From assembly GCA_963707025.1 (NCBI GenBank), contig CAVPOM010000018.1:640001-704000 (forward strand): a stretch of DNA of 64,000 nt. Direction: 5' to 3'. Source of the DNA: an uncultured Verrucomicrobiae bacterium (GTDB lineage Bacteria > Verrucomicrobiota > Verrucomicrobiia > Limisphaerales > Palsa-1400). Shown piece by piece: positions 18,502-28,491 of the stretch. A program made the translations under genes and the position numbers. A model generated the notes under the pieces. It did not search any database. It was not told the origin of the DNA and worked only from the letters and a program-made list of their open reading frames with translations. How positions within the stretch are numbered: position 1 is the first letter of the stretch; every line of letters begins with the position of its first letter.

Positions 18502-20963
18502 CTCACCGCAATGGCCTCCTCCGGGCAGACCTGGCGGCAGGTGTCGCAGCGGGTGCAAATCTCCAGGTTGATTTTATGTTGGGCGTAGGGCGTCATCGGG
18601 ATGGCCTGGACCGGGCAATGCTGGGCGCACAGGGTGCAGCCGGTGCAGGCGGCGGTGACCTCGTACTTGATCAGGGCGGCGCACTGGCCGGCCGGGCAGC
18701 GCCCTTGCAGGTGCGCCTCGTATTCGCCGCGGAAGTAACGCAAGGTCGAGAGCACCGGATTGGGGGCCGTTTTCCCAAGCCCGCACAGGCTGCCGGCGCT
18801 GACCTGGCGGGCCAGCCGTTCCAGCTCCTCCAGATGGGCCCGTTGCGCCTTGCCGGCGCAAAGCTTGTCCAGAATATCCAGCATCCTTTTGGTGCCCACG
18901 CGGCAGAAGGTGCATTTGCCGCACGACTGGTCCTGCGTGAACTGAAGAAAATAGCGCGCGATATCCACCATGCACGACGAGTCGTCCAGCACCACCAGCC
19001 CGCCCGAACCCATGATGGCGCCGGCCTCGCGCAACGATTCATAATCCACCGGCGTGTCCAGCAGGCTGGCCGGCACGCAGCCCCCGGACGGTCCGCCAAT
19101 TTGCACGGCCTTGATGCGGCGGCCTTGCGCCGCGCCGCCGCCGATCTTTTCCACAATCTCGCGCAGGGTGGTCCCCATCGGCACTTCGATCAACCCGCCG
19201 CGGCGGATCTTTCCCGCCAGGGCGAACACCTTGGTGCCTTTGCTTTTGGCCGTGCCGAGGGCCGCGAACTCTTCCGCCCCATGCCGGACAATCCAGGGCG
19301 CCAGGGCCAGCGTTTCCACGTTGTTAATCAGCGTCGGTTTGCCCCACAGGCCCGACTCGGCGGGGAAGGGTGGCCGCAGCCGCGGCATGCCGCGCCGGCC
19401 TTCCACCGAGGCGATCAAGGCCGTCTCCTCGCCGCAGACAAAGGCGCCGGCGCCCTCCACCACGCTCAGGCGCAATGGAAAATGGGCCCCCAGCAAGCCC
19501 GCCCCCAGCCAGCCGCGCCGTTCCATTTCCGCAATGGCCGCCCGCACCCGCTGGACCGCCAGCGGATATTCGTGGCGGACATAGAAAATGCCCTCGTGCG
19601 CGCCCACCGCCACCGCGGCCAGCGCCAACCCCTCCAGGACACGATACGGAAAGGATTCCAGAATCATCCGGTCCATGAACGCGCCCGGGTCGCCTTCGTC
19701 GCCGTTGCAGATCACATACTTGACATCGCCCGGCTGCCGGCGGACCACGCGCCATTTTTGTCCGCTGGGAAAGCCCGCGCCGCCTCGCCCGCGCAGGCCG
19801 GAGTTTTCGATGATGGAGATGAGGTCTTCGGGAGAAAGGCGTCCATCTCCGGTGGCAGGGACGCCGCGCTGCAGCGTCCGGTCGGCGCAGCACGCCAACC
19901 CTGCCAATTCACTCGCAGAACTTGCGGGTTGCGCGGGCTGCTGCATTCCCAGGCAGCGCCGCAACGCCGCAAACCCTTCGTGCGCGAGATATTCATCCAG
20001 ATCCAGCGGATCGAGTTTGCCGAAATGTTCGGTGGCAATATGCACCTGGTCTTCCAGGAAGGCGCGGACGGAGGGATCGGCTTTGCTCATGGAAAAGCGC
20101 GCCACCTGTTGTTGCGGCGCGGCCTCATCCAGCAGCAGACCGCCCAGCAGGCCGGTCCAGAGTAGGCGGGCGCGGCGCAGCAAACCACGCGGACGAAAAT
20201 AGCGTTGCATCAGGGCGCCGGCCTGGCCGGGTGTCAGGTTGGAATAGTAGCGGGCCGCCTGGCCCGGCAGGGCGACTTCAATCAGCGGCGTGCGATGGCA
20301 CATGCCCATGCAACCGACCCGCTTGATGTGGACCTGGCCGCCGCATTGGCCCGCGCTCTGGCGCAAGGCGTGAAACAACTGATCGCTCCCCTTGGCCATG
20401 CAGCAGGAACCCAGGCCGACGTGGATTTGGGCCAGGCCCTGGCAGGCCCGGTCTCCCGGTTCCTCGGTGGACTTGACCCCGGCTGCCGCGGTCTGCCGGG
20501 CGAGATAGTCGCGGATTAGCCCCGGAGATTTCTCCGCGGAGGCGTAACCCATCGTCGCGCCGCCCATCTTCAAGACGGGCGCCAGGGTGCAACAACCCAG
20601 GCAGGCGACCGGTTCGATGGTGAACTCCTGGGCCGCATCGGTATCGGCGCCCGGAGGAATGCGCAGGTGCCTGCGCAACGCGTCCTCCACCCGCTCCGCT
20701 CCCGCGACATGACAGGCCGTGCCGCGGCAGACCCGGACAATATGTTTGCCGGCCGGCTTGAGGCGGAACATGTCGTAGAAGCTCGCCACACCGGAGATGG
20801 CCGAGGGTTGAATCCCGGTCAGTTGGGGGAGATGCTCCAGGGCCTCCTGGGGCAGGTAGCCATGATGTTCCTGCAGGGCCTGCAAAATCGGGATGAGCGC
20901 CTCGGGATTGCGCCCGATCCGCTCCACCGTTTGCTCGACAAAGTTGAGGTCAACACCTGGCAT
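18498..20963 (-). CDS. Fused NuoE/NuoF (HydC-HydB/BfuCB-like) NAD(H)-binding Fe-S flavoprotein
   Basis: VCRGTAC/ACLGCC, GCMGMC, LRGRGGAGFP, CNGDEGDPGAFMDR, GAFVCGEETAL, SCGKCTFCR, two C-terminal CxxCxxCxxxCP motifs. Confidence 0.92.
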   Translation of the reverse strand: MPGVDLNFVEQTVERIGRNPEALIPILQALQEHHGYLPQEALEHLPQLTGIQPSAISGVASFYDMFRLKPAGKHIVRVCRGTACHVAGAERVEDALRRHLRIPPGADTDAAQEFTIEPVACLGCCTLAPVLKMGGATMGYASAEKSPGLIRDYLARQTAAAGVKSTEEPGDRACQGLAQIHVGLGSCCMAKGSDQLFHALRQSAGQCGGQVHIKRVGCMGMCHRTPLIEVALPGQAARYYSNLTPGQAGALMQRYFRPRGLLRRARLLWTGLLGGLLLDEAAPQQQVARFSMSKADPSVRAFLEDQVHIATEHFGKLDPLDLDEYLAHEGFAALRRCLGMQQPAQPASSASELAGLACCADRTLQRGVPATGDGRLSPEDLISIIENSGLRGRGGAGFPSGQKWRVVRRQPGDVKYVICNGDEGDPGAFMDRMILESFPYRVLEGLALAAVAVGAHEGIFYVRHEYPLAVQRVRAAIAEMERRGWLGAGLLGAHFPLRLSVVEGAGAFVCGEETALIASVEGRRGMPRLRPPFPAESGLWGKPTLINNVETLALAPWIVRHGAEEFAALGTAKSKGTKVFALAGKIRRGGLIEVPMGTTLREIVEKIGGGAAQGRRIKAVQIGGPSGGCVPASLLDTPVDYESLREAGAIMGSGGLVVLDDSSCMVDIARYFLQFTQDQSCGKCTFCRVGTKRMLDILDKLCAGKAQRAHLEELERLARQVSAGSLCGLGKTAPNPVLSTLRYFRGEYEAHLQGRCPAGQCAALIKYEVTAACTGCTLCAQHCPVQAIPMTPYAQHKINLEICTRCDTCRQVCPEEAIAVR
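19854..19905. repeat. REP-like branched hairpin in frame inside the NuoEF gene
   Basis: Outer stem GGCAGGG/CCCTGCC enclosing GGACGC..GCGTCC and GGTCGGCG..CGCCAACC; coincides with an atypical protein insert. Confidence 0.6.
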
Positions 20964-21050
20964 GGCCACCATAAAACTGGGGCACGAAGGTCAGGCACAC
21001 TCCCCATATTTTGGCAAGACCGCAACAGATTTTGCCGAGGCTGAAGGTAA

Positions 21051-21113
21051 TCAATCTGCTGGCAAGCCGCTCAAGCTTTCCAGCACGTCGTTCTGGTAAT
21101 CCTTGAGTCGCTT
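21051..21113 (-). pseudogene. Putative N-terminal remnant of a type III R-M Res subunit
   Basis: KRLKDYQNDVLESLS resembles Res helicase starts (LKxYQ Q-motif); no start codon; stops after about 20 codons. Confidence 0.45.
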
Positions 21114-21122
21114 CGCGCAGGA

Positions 21123-21449
21123 TCAGGGCTTGGGCGGCGGTTGGTCTTTCAGGATAAGCGGCGCGGTTTGGCGCTCGCGGTAAAGTTGCTCCCGGATGCG
21201 ATGCACCTCGGCAATGACCGGATCATAGACGCGGTAGGGTTCAGCAGGGGGCGGCGGCGGCTCGGTCGCTTCACGGCGGCGCAATCGCGCCTGCAGTTCT
21301 TCAGGCGAATTCACCACCGGCCCGGAGTGCGGATGTTCCGCCAGCCATGCGTCCATTTGATCAAGAAAGCGTTGTAGGTCGCTGCCAGCCTGTTCGGCCA
21401 GCCGGTCTTTGACGGCTTCAACCTCTTGAAGAATCGGGTCAGCCTTCAT
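21123..21449 (-). CDS. Hypothetical protein, probable partner of the PIN gene
   Basis: Overlaps the PIN stop; two DP(I/V)xxEVxx(V/I)(K/R) motifs. Confidence 0.7.
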   Translation of the reverse strand: MKADPILQEVEAVKDRLAEQAGSDLQRFLDQMDAWLAEHPHSGPVVNSPEELQARLRRREATEPPPPPAEPYRVYDPVIAEVHRIREQLYRERQTAPLILKDQPPPKP

Positions 21450-21924
21450 ACTCAATTGTTCCCATCAGTTGCAGCGGCGTGCAAACAATCGGCAAACGAT
21501 AGCCGCGCCTTTCCGCCACCGGTTGCAGCCGCGACTGTATCACGGCGTTGGCCAGATGCTTGCAATTCCAAGTCAGAAGATAGTTGATTTTGTAAACGGA
21601 TGCGAATGCTAAATGCACCGCGTCCGCTTTGGCTTTTGGCGGCAGCGGTCCGGCTGACAAGAACACTTCCGCCAACGCATCCACCGCCGGCGTGCGACGC
21701 AACACCGTCAACGTGCTCAAGGCTTGCAATCGCTGCCGGCTCATTTCCGGATCGCCCTCGGCCGCTTCGAGCAACACTTCCCCTGAAATCGAGCACTCGA
21801 AATAAGGCAGGCGCCTCCGCCACCAGTCCTCCGTCCAGACATGCCATTGATGGGCCATCGTGCCTGCCGGCGGGCGTGCGACGAGAAAACTGACCACCGC
21901 CGTATCAATGTAAACGCTTTCCAT
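21439..21924 (-). CDS. PIN-domain (VapC-like) protein
   Basis: VYIDTAVVS, EVLLE, DAVHLA, LLTWNCKHLAN. Confidence 0.88.
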   Translation of the reverse strand: MESVYIDTAVVSFLVARPPAGTMAHQWHVWTEDWWRRRLPYFECSISGEVLLEAAEGDPEMSRQRLQALSTLTVLRRTPAVDALAEVFLSAGPLPPKAKADAVHLAFASVYKINYLLTWNCKHLANAVIQSRLQPVAERRGYRLPIVCTPLQLMGTIEYEG

Positions 21925-21927
21925 CCG

Positions 21928-22068
21928 TCAATCCCCCATGATGCGGTGCATCGCGTACGGCAACTGGCAGAATTCCACGCCTGGCCGCGTCAGTTCCTTC
22001 TGGCTCATGAATTTTGCCGCCGCGAAAACCAGCAGCCGTTTCTTACCTTTGAAATCCAGTGTTGGCAT
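21928..22068 (-). pseudogene. Internally deleted type III R-M Mod methyltransferase (N- and C-termini fused)
   Basis: 46-aa ORF MPTLDFKGK|KRLLVFAAAKFMSQKELTRPGVEFCQLPYAMHRIMGD; both halves recalled as Mod termini; no methyltransferase motifs. Confidence 0.6.
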
Positions 22069-22224
22069 GAGCTTTTTTTTCTGGCTCTCAAGAGCCTAGC
22101 GGAACGGGAGGTGTTTGCACAGGCCAGAATTGCGGCCAGCGGGTTGTTCCGGCAGGCGGGCGTTGCTCCCCTCGTCGGCTTCCTGTTCTGGATTCGCATC
22201 GGTAGCTCTTGCGACTGGTTACCG

Positions 22225-23961
22225 TTACGGCTGTTTCACCTGGTTGGCGCCGTCCGGCCCGAGGCAGAAGAGGTTGGTCGCGCCGCGCAGGAAGAGATGG
22301 CCGCCGGCAAAGGCCGGGCTGGCCAGGAATTTGTCCGGCAGTTGGCTTCGCCCCATTTCCTGAAACTCGCGCCCGGCCCGCAGGACGACCAGGACGCCAT
22401 TTTCGCCCAGAATAAAAAGACGGTCGCCCACGATGCCGGGCGAGGCCTGCACGTCCGCATCCAGGTTCTTTTCCCAAATCCTTTTGCCATCGCCGGTCTG
22501 AAGACATTTGACGAGGCCCCCGCTGTTGACGGTGAAAACCAGTTCGCCCTGGCTGACCGGACTGACGATATCCGGGACATTGCCTTCGTCGGTCCAGGCC
22601 ACATGCGTCTTGGTCACGTCCCCTGCGCCGTCGGGGCGCAAGGCGATGAGCCTGGCCCCCGGACTGAGGAGGAGGACAAGTCCGCCGGCGAAGACGGGCG
22701 AAGGCACCACTTCATTTTCGAGCAATTGCGCGCGCCAAAGCTCCTGGCCGCCGGCCAGGGTGTAGGCGATCACCCAGGGGTTGGCCAGGGTGATGATCTG
22801 GGTCTTGCCCGCCGCTTCGGCGACGATCGGGGTGGCCCACGACGCGGGCACCTCGCGGCTGCGCTCCCACAAGACGCGTCCGCTGGCGCCCTGCAACGAA
22901 ATTAGTCTTGACCCCTGCCCGGGCGTCTCGCCCTGATCCAGTTGGATGAGCAGGTTGCTCCCCCACACGGCCAGCGAGGCGGCGTAGCCATAGGCATTCC
23001 TTAACGGGCCGAGGTATTTGGTCCAGGCAACCGAACCGTCGAAATTGAGCGCGGCGAGGTCGCCGTTGGCGAAGATGGCATAAGCCCGCCGCCCATCGGT
23101 GGCCATGGTGGAGGCCGCGTAGGTGGTGTCCTCCGGGACCTCCGCGACCTTGGGCGGACTGCCTGGAACATTTTCGACGGCCCGCCGCCAGAGCAGCGCG
23201 CCGTCGGCAACGTTGTAACAAAAAACTTCGCGTTTCGCCGCCGTGCCTCCCGAAATAAACACCCTGTCCCCCCACACCACCGGCGAACTGTGGCCCGGGG
23301 CGGGGATGGCGGAGCGCCAAACCAGAGTGGTCCCGTAGTTGGTCTGCGCGGCCACCCCGCTGCCGTCCCAGCCGCGGAAGCGCGGCCAATTGGCCTGGAA
23401 TTCGGCCAGCGCGGGCGCCTCCTCGGCCGGCGCCGCCTCCGCGCCGCTTTGGCCGGCGAGTTTTTGCCACGCGGCCTCGTTGGCGGGCAAAACGGAAGCA
23501 TTGTCAAGTCGAATTATCAGCAACGATCCCGCCACCACCAGGGCCACGGCGGCCAGCGCGACACGGGCGCGCGCGGCCAGCTTCAGGGACTGTTCGCCGG
23601 CCTCGGTTTTAGGTTGCGGCAGCGGCAGGGTTTTCGTCAGGGCCGCCGCTTTGCCGGCCGCCAGCACCAAGGCCAGCGTCCCGCCCAGCAGCAGCCAGGC
23701 GCCGGTTTTGTCCAACGCCAGGCGATGGCGGAACTTCTGGCGAAATTTCAGGTCGAGCTGGCGAATCTCCCTTTGCAGCGGCTCATTTTTCGGCGCGTCG
23801 GCCAGCTTCTCCTTGAGGGCGAGCAGTTGCGGGGATTTCCAAGGATCACCGGTGGCCGCCGCGAAATGCTCATAGACCATGACCGCGCAAAGGAGCAGAC
23901 AGAACAGGCCCGCGATGCAGGCGGTGAGCCAAAGCGCGCGAGGGAAAGGAAAAGGTTTCAT
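22225..23961 (-). CDS. Membrane-anchored PQQ-like beta-propeller protein
   Basis: Three N-terminal TM segments, WPRFRG, GHSSPVVWGD, SWATPI, ASPAFAGG. Confidence 0.85.
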   Translation of the reverse strand: MKPFPFPRALWLTACIAGLFCLLLCAVMVYEHFAAATGDPWKSPQLLALKEKLADAPKNEPLQREIRQLDLKFRQKFRHRLALDKTGAWLLLGGTLALVLAAGKAAALTKTLPLPQPKTEAGEQSLKLAARARVALAAVALVVAGSLLIIRLDNASVLPANEAAWQKLAGQSGAEAAPAEEAPALAEFQANWPRFRGWDGSGVAAQTNYGTTLVWRSAIPAPGHSSPVVWGDRVFISGGTAAKREVFCYNVADGALLWRRAVENVPGSPPKVAEVPEDTTYAASTMATDGRRAYAIFANGDLAALNFDGSVAWTKYLGPLRNAYGYAASLAVWGSNLLIQLDQGETPGQGSRLISLQGASGRVLWERSREVPASWATPIVAEAAGKTQIITLANPWVIAYTLAGGQELWRAQLLENEVVPSPVFAGGLVLLLSPGARLIALRPDGAGDVTKTHVAWTDEGNVPDIVSPVSQGELVFTVNSGGLVKCLQTGDGKRIWEKNLDADVQASPGIVGDRLFILGENGVLVVLRAGREFQEMGRSQLPDKFLASPAFAGGHLFLRGATNLFCLGPDGANQVKQP

Positions 23962-24030
23962 GACCTGAATCATTGGCGATGTGCTCAAGGACTCACCCAA
24001 AAGGTGGGCCCGTTTCGGAAAGAGGATTCC

Positions 24031-24074
24031 GTCGGCGGGACGCCGACGGATGCGGGCGGGACGCCCGCGCTCCC
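24031..24074. repeat. Tandem REP-like hairpins
   Basis: GTCGGCG-GGA-CGCCGAC and GCGGGCG-GGA-CGCCCGC; a related pair at 36223-36267. Confidence 0.7.
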
Positions 24075-24099
24075 GGAAAAGTCGCTAATGATCGGGGTT

Positions 24100-25416
24100 T
24101 CATGAGGGCGCGGGTTTGTCCGGCGCCGGCATCCAGCCGAGGCGAACGCGTTCGTTGGGGCAGGCAGTGAAGCACCGGGCACAGGCGACACAGGCGCCGC
24201 GGTCCGGCTCAAAATCAGTCCGGCCCGGACGCACGGACAGCGCCACCAGTTTGAGGCCGATGACCAGTCCGGTCCAGCCGCCGAACAACAGGCAGGCCAG
24301 AGCAAAGCGGTGGCGCAAATCGGCCGCCGCCGTCAAGATGGCTTCCGGATTTTCGGCGGCGCGCTGGAGGGAAAGCGCCTCCGGGGTCATCAAGCCGTAC
24401 TCCACCGGCGCGCTTTGCTGGCGCAGGTAGCGTTCCGCCAAAGCCACCGCGGGATGAAGCTGCGCCGCCGCCGGGCTGAGTTTGGAACCGGCCCATGCGC
24501 CGGCGGCGACAAGCACCGGCAGGAGCACGAGGAGCCAGCCGAGGCGTTTTCGCTCCGCGCCCAGCCCATTGGGGTGGGTGGCGGCGGGGGCGGGTTGGCG
24601 CATCGCGCCGAACGGGCAGGACTGTTCACAGAGGCGGCATTGCGTGCAGACATCGGGCGTGACGCGGACGCGCCATTTGGAAGCCAGCGACGCCAGCCTG
24701 AGCAACCCGCCATAAGGGCAAAGGAACCGGCAATAGGGCCGGCCCACAAACATCCCGGCCAGGAGCAGGGCCGCTCCGAGAGTCAAGATGAAACTTCCGC
24801 CCGAGCGCCGGAAGAACGGAACGAACGGATCATAACGGCAGATCACAAATCCGGTCCCGGTGCCGGCGTAGATCAGGCCCGCGCCCAGAAAAAGATAAGG
24901 GATGACGCTGAGGGCCTGTTCCAGCCAGAGCGGCACGGTGACAGGCTTGAGCAGCATGAGATCCTGCAGCGCCCCCTGCGGGCAAACCGCCGCGCAAAAA
25001 GCCCGCCCCGCGAACAGGGCCAGCACGATGGGCGCGAAGCAGAAAATCAGCACCGTCACCGGCACGGCGTAGTCCGGGTTGAACAGTCCATAGACGACAT
25101 TCTGGGGCGAGCCGATCGGGCAGATGCAGCCCTGGCGGTAGAACCCAAAATAGGCCAGGGAAAAGAGGGAGAGCCAGAAAAGCCCGCGCCGGGAGCGCTT
25201 TTTGTAGATCAGCCAGGCCGCCATTCCCAGAGCGGCCAGGAACACGCCCGTATCGGCGTATTGCCGCCAAAGCTGGCGCGCGGCGGGGGTGGAGGGGGAG
25301 GGGATGCGGTAGCCGCTTTCAAAATCCGGCGGCGGGAAACGCTGTTCCGCGCAAACCACCAAGGCCAGCAGCAACATGGCTCCCAGGGCGCCGAGGAATT
25401 TGAGACGGCGAAGCAT
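24100..25416 (-). CDS. Integral-membrane polyferredoxin (NapH/NosR C-terminal-like)
   Basis: Several TM segments, CICPIG, GRAFCAAVCPQG, RPYCRFLCPYG, CTQCRLCEQSCP, CVACARCFTACP. Confidence 0.88.
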   Translation of the reverse strand: MLRRLKFLGALGAMLLLALVVCAEQRFPPPDFESGYRIPSPSTPAARQLWRQYADTGVFLAALGMAAWLIYKKRSRRGLFWLSLFSLAYFGFYRQGCICPIGSPQNVVYGLFNPDYAVPVTVLIFCFAPIVLALFAGRAFCAAVCPQGALQDLMLLKPVTVPLWLEQALSVIPYLFLGAGLIYAGTGTGFVICRYDPFVPFFRRSGGSFILTLGAALLLAGMFVGRPYCRFLCPYGGLLRLASLASKWRVRVTPDVCTQCRLCEQSCPFGAMRQPAPAATHPNGLGAERKRLGWLLVLLPVLVAAGAWAGSKLSPAAAQLHPAVALAERYLRQQSAPVEYGLMTPEALSLQRAAENPEAILTAAADLRHRFALACLLFGGWTGLVIGLKLVALSVRPGRTDFEPDRGACVACARCFTACPNERVRLGWMPAPDKPAPS

Positions 25417-25420
25417 GACC

Positions 25421-25992
25421 TTAGCGGCTGGTGGTTTTGAGCAGGTAGGGATGGGCCGCGGGCACGCGGCGGAAGGCCTGGCCGGGGCAGGAGCGGGCGA
25501 TGGCGCACTCGTTGCAGTTGAGGCAGCGATCGTGGCGGATCTGGAGGAAGAGCGAGCCGTTGCCGAAGCGGTTGCAGCCCTCGACGCATTTGGCGCAGCC
25601 GATGCACAACTCTTCGTCAATACTATATTGATAATAGGGGTCTTCCACGTAGGCGCGCTGGATGGCGGCGGTCGGGCAGAGCTGGTTCTCCGCCGCCGTG
25701 GTCAGCTCGTTGGGCTCGGCGCGAAAAACCCGGTGCAAAGCTGGCAGTAGCCGCACACCGCATAGGCGTGGACGCATTTGACGGCGGACTGCTCCAGCAC
25801 GCACTGGGTGGCGCAGTTGCCGCAGTGCAGGCATTTGGCCGGGTCAATTTGCCACACCCAGGCCGCGCCGGTGCTGCGGGTGGCCAGCGCGCCCGCCGCC
25901 GCGCCCAGCCCGGTCATGGTCAGCAGCCGCGCGCCGTTGCGGAGAAATTGCCGCCGCGTCACCGGTGCGTCCGTTGGAGGTTTGGGGTCCAT
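25421..25992 (-). CDS. Tat-signal multi-4Fe-4S ferredoxin (frameshift near 25720)
   Basis: TRRQFL signal; CLHCGNCATQC, CGYCQLC, CPTAAI, CIGCAKCVEGC, CLNCNEC...CP. Confidence 0.85.
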
Positions 25993-26014
25993 CTGTTGGC
26001 TGGCTTGGGTGGGT

Positions 26015-27031
26015 TTACCCTTTCCGCTGCATCACCCGCACGTTGCTGGTCACGATGTCCAGGATGTAAATGCGTCCGGCGGAATCCACCGCCGCATCAA
26101 TGCCGCCGTGGATGCAATCGTTCAGGTCGTTGCAGGCGTGGGCGTTTTCCGGGAAGGATTCCGCCCCCGCCACCACGGACTCAAACTCGCCGCCGGCGCT
26201 GTAAATTTTCACGCGCGGAATGCCCTTCTCACAGGTCACGATCCGCCCGTCGGCCAGGGCGGCCAGGCCGATGGGATTGCAACAGCCGCAGAACCCCTCG
26301 GTGGCGGCGCTGGGTTTGCCCCAGGCGCCCTCCAGATCGCCGTCAAAAGTGTAGGCTTCGATCTGATGCCGGCCCGGATTGTTGACACGCAACAAGCCGT
26401 CCCGATGGATGATCACGTCCAGAAACGGACTGGGCACGATGAGTCCCGGCACGTTGCGCTGCGCATTCTTCCGGCCGATCCGCCCGACGATCTTTCCGCT
26501 CCGGTCGTAGCGCAGCACGACCAGTTTGACGGCATCGGCCGCAAAGACATCCTGCCCGCCCGCCGCCAGCCCGGTAAACCAGGTCTTCGGGTCCGGCGAT
26601 TCCCAACGGGCCGTGCGCCCGCCCTTGGCGTCAAACACCTCGATGTGGTCGCGCAAGCCGGCGAAAATGGTTCCCTCCCCGGCCACGGCGACACAGCCGG
26701 CCGGGCCCGCCAGGGCCAATTCCAATCCGGGCTGGCCGGAGCGGCTCAGCAAATTGATATAGTTGCCCGCGCACACATAAAGCTGGTCATCGGGCCCGAT
26801 GGCCAGCCGGCGGGCGTCCTTGTGCGGAACCGGCCAGCGCGTGACTTCCTCGTAGGCGATGAGTTTGGGATCGGTCTTCTGGAAACGGGAAACGTCGTAG
26901 GCAAAAGGGTTGGCCGTTCCCTGTCCGGCCGCGCCGGCCCGCGCACCGCCCGCCAGGCCCAGGAGGGCGGCGGTTTTGGCGACGACACCGAAAAACTCCC
27001 TTCGGTCGAGCAGCTCAAGTTCTGGTTTCAT
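26015..27031 (-). CDS. Tat-signal NHL-like beta-propeller protein
   Basis: DRREFF plus hydrophobic stretch and AxA; repeats LAIGPDDQLYV, AVDSAGRIYILD; GFCGCCNP motif. Confidence 0.8.
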   Translation of the reverse strand: MKPELELLDRREFFGVVAKTAALLGLAGGARAGAAGQGTANPFAYDVSRFQKTDPKLIAYEEVTRWPVPHKDARRLAIGPDDQLYVCAGNYINLLSRSGQPGLELALAGPAGCVAVAGEGTIFAGLRDHIEVFDAKGGRTARWESPDPKTWFTGLAAGGQDVFAADAVKLVVLRYDRSGKIVGRIGRKNAQRNVPGLIVPSPFLDVIIHRDGLLRVNNPGRHQIEAYTFDGDLEGAWGKPSAATEGFCGCCNPIGLAALADGRIVTCEKGIPRVKIYSAGGEFESVVAGAESFPENAHACNDLNDCIHGGIDAAVDSAGRIYILDIVTSNVRVMQRKG

Positions 27032-27279
27032 AGCGGCCTCGAGGTGGATGGGCCGAGCGCTTGCTTGGCGGACAAAGCGTTGGGCAGCCCGCAGTCTTCA
27101 AAAACCGCGCAACCCCGGCAGAGGCCGGCGCTGATGCAGACCTGGCCGGCGGGCCGGGCGGCCTCGCGCCCGGCCAGCCGGCCGGTCACCGCGGCCAGCC
27201 CGCCCAGGATGGCGAAGCGCAGCCCGTCGCGCAGGAATTGGCGGCGGCCGGCGCTGGAATTGGGAGAGCGTCTGTTCAT
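27028..27279 (-). CDS. Small Tat-signal protein with a four-Cys motif
   Basis: GRRQFL plus TM segment; CISAGLCRGCAVFEDC; overlaps the next gene's start. Confidence 0.75.
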   Translation of the reverse strand: MNRRSPNSSAGRRQFLRDGLRFAILGGLAAVTGRLAGREAARPAGQVCISAGLCRGCAVFEDCGLPNALSAKQALGPSTSRPL

Positions 27280-27512
27280 GACTCAGCCATTGGCATCAGC
27301 ATCCGCCATTGGAAAGAAACAGGCTTACCTTCTTTTGTTCAAGCCTTGACATTTCTTGCTTTGTTTTCGGATTGGCCCGTATGGAGAGATCATATCCAAA
27401 ATGGGTTCGTTTCTCTGCATGTTGGATTCAATAAAACATCCATAAGGGGCTTATTTTTAACTACTTATGAGTTTTTACATTTGGGTTCGTTTGGCAAAAA
27501 AGCGTTTTTTGG

Positions 27513-28484
27513 TCAAGGTCTGTCCGACACCTCCATGGTGATGGGCGGCGGGACGGCCTCGCCGTGGCGCATGCGCTGCAAGCGCTCCAACTGGATCATG
27601 GCGCGAAACATCTGCCGCTCCAGCTTGGTTTCGTAGCGCAGGATTTTGTCCAGGACCTCCGGCGCCGGCAGCACGGCCGCCGCCTGGCGCGCCTGCTCTT
27701 CGTTTGCCTCGCGCTTTTGACAAGCAGCTTTCAACCAGCCGAGCATGGCCAATTCTTTGTTCAAATAAGCCAGCGCTTTCTTATTATTCCGCTCCTGCAG
27801 GGCGGCGGCCTGCAAACCTTCCGGATTTTCCCGCAGTTTGAGGCGGAGTTCCTGCAAACCGCGCGTCAGGCGGTTGGGTTTGTGAAAATGCTGGACGAAC
27901 TCCTGGATGGCGGCCTCGGTCAGCCCGCCGGTTTTCTCCACCGCTGATTGAACATCGTCCAGGAATTTTTCGAGCAGGTGAATCCCCCAAACCGACTCTT
28001 CCATGCTGGCGATGGGGTCTGCAAAGGACTCCCAGAGCGTCCAGCGCAATTCCATCTGCGGCCGGCCGCGCGCCCACTGGCCTTGGTCCACGCTCAAGAC
28101 GATTTCGCCCGATTCGGCCCGCAAAGCCCGGCGCAGGCGCCAGTGGGTGGTGACGATCTGGTCCACGAGCATTTCCTCCACCGGCCCGGCCGGCTTTAAC
28201 TCCTGCCAGAACCGCTCGGAGAGGGCGTCCAATTCCCGGCTGTTTTCATGGAGATTCAACCCGCGCACCAGCACCTCCCTGGAGAGGATGCCGTGCTGGA
28301 GGGCGTTCATTTTGGAAACGGCGCGGCCCCGCGGGGTTTTCGGCCCGGTGGATTTGAGGGCGTTGCGCCGGTTGGCGGCGAGTTTTTTCAAGGAAACCGA
28401 TCCGGGCACAGGCTTATGCTTGTTTTCATTGGCCGTGACAGGGGCCGGCCCCGGCCTGTCATTGGGGAGGTTTTGTTCATTCAT
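27513..28484 (-). CDS. Hypothetical protein of the 'ANRRNAxKSTGP' type
   Basis: ANRRNALKSTGPKTPRGRAVSKMNALQHG, LKPAGPVEEMLVDQI, LRYETKLERQ. Confidence 0.8.
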   Translation of the reverse strand: MNEQNLPNDRPGPAPVTANENKHKPVPGSVSLKKLAANRRNALKSTGPKTPRGRAVSKMNALQHGILSREVLVRGLNLHENSRELDALSERFWQELKPAGPVEEMLVDQIVTTHWRLRRALRAESGEIVLSVDQGQWARGRPQMELRWTLWESFADPIASMEESVWGIHLLEKFLDDVQSAVEKTGGLTEAAIQEFVQHFHKPNRLTRGLQELRLKLRENPEGLQAAALQERNNKKALAYLNKELAMLGWLKAACQKREANEEQARQAAAVLPAPEVLDKILRYETKLERQMFRAMIQLERLQRMRHGEAVPPPITMEVSDRP

Positions 28485-28491
28485 GCCTGGC

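Noticed and set aside
16882..20963. Calling these genes a hydrogenase, formate dehydrogenase or complex I
   Set aside because: No H-cluster, NiFe or molybdopterin motifs and no other nuo genes are present.
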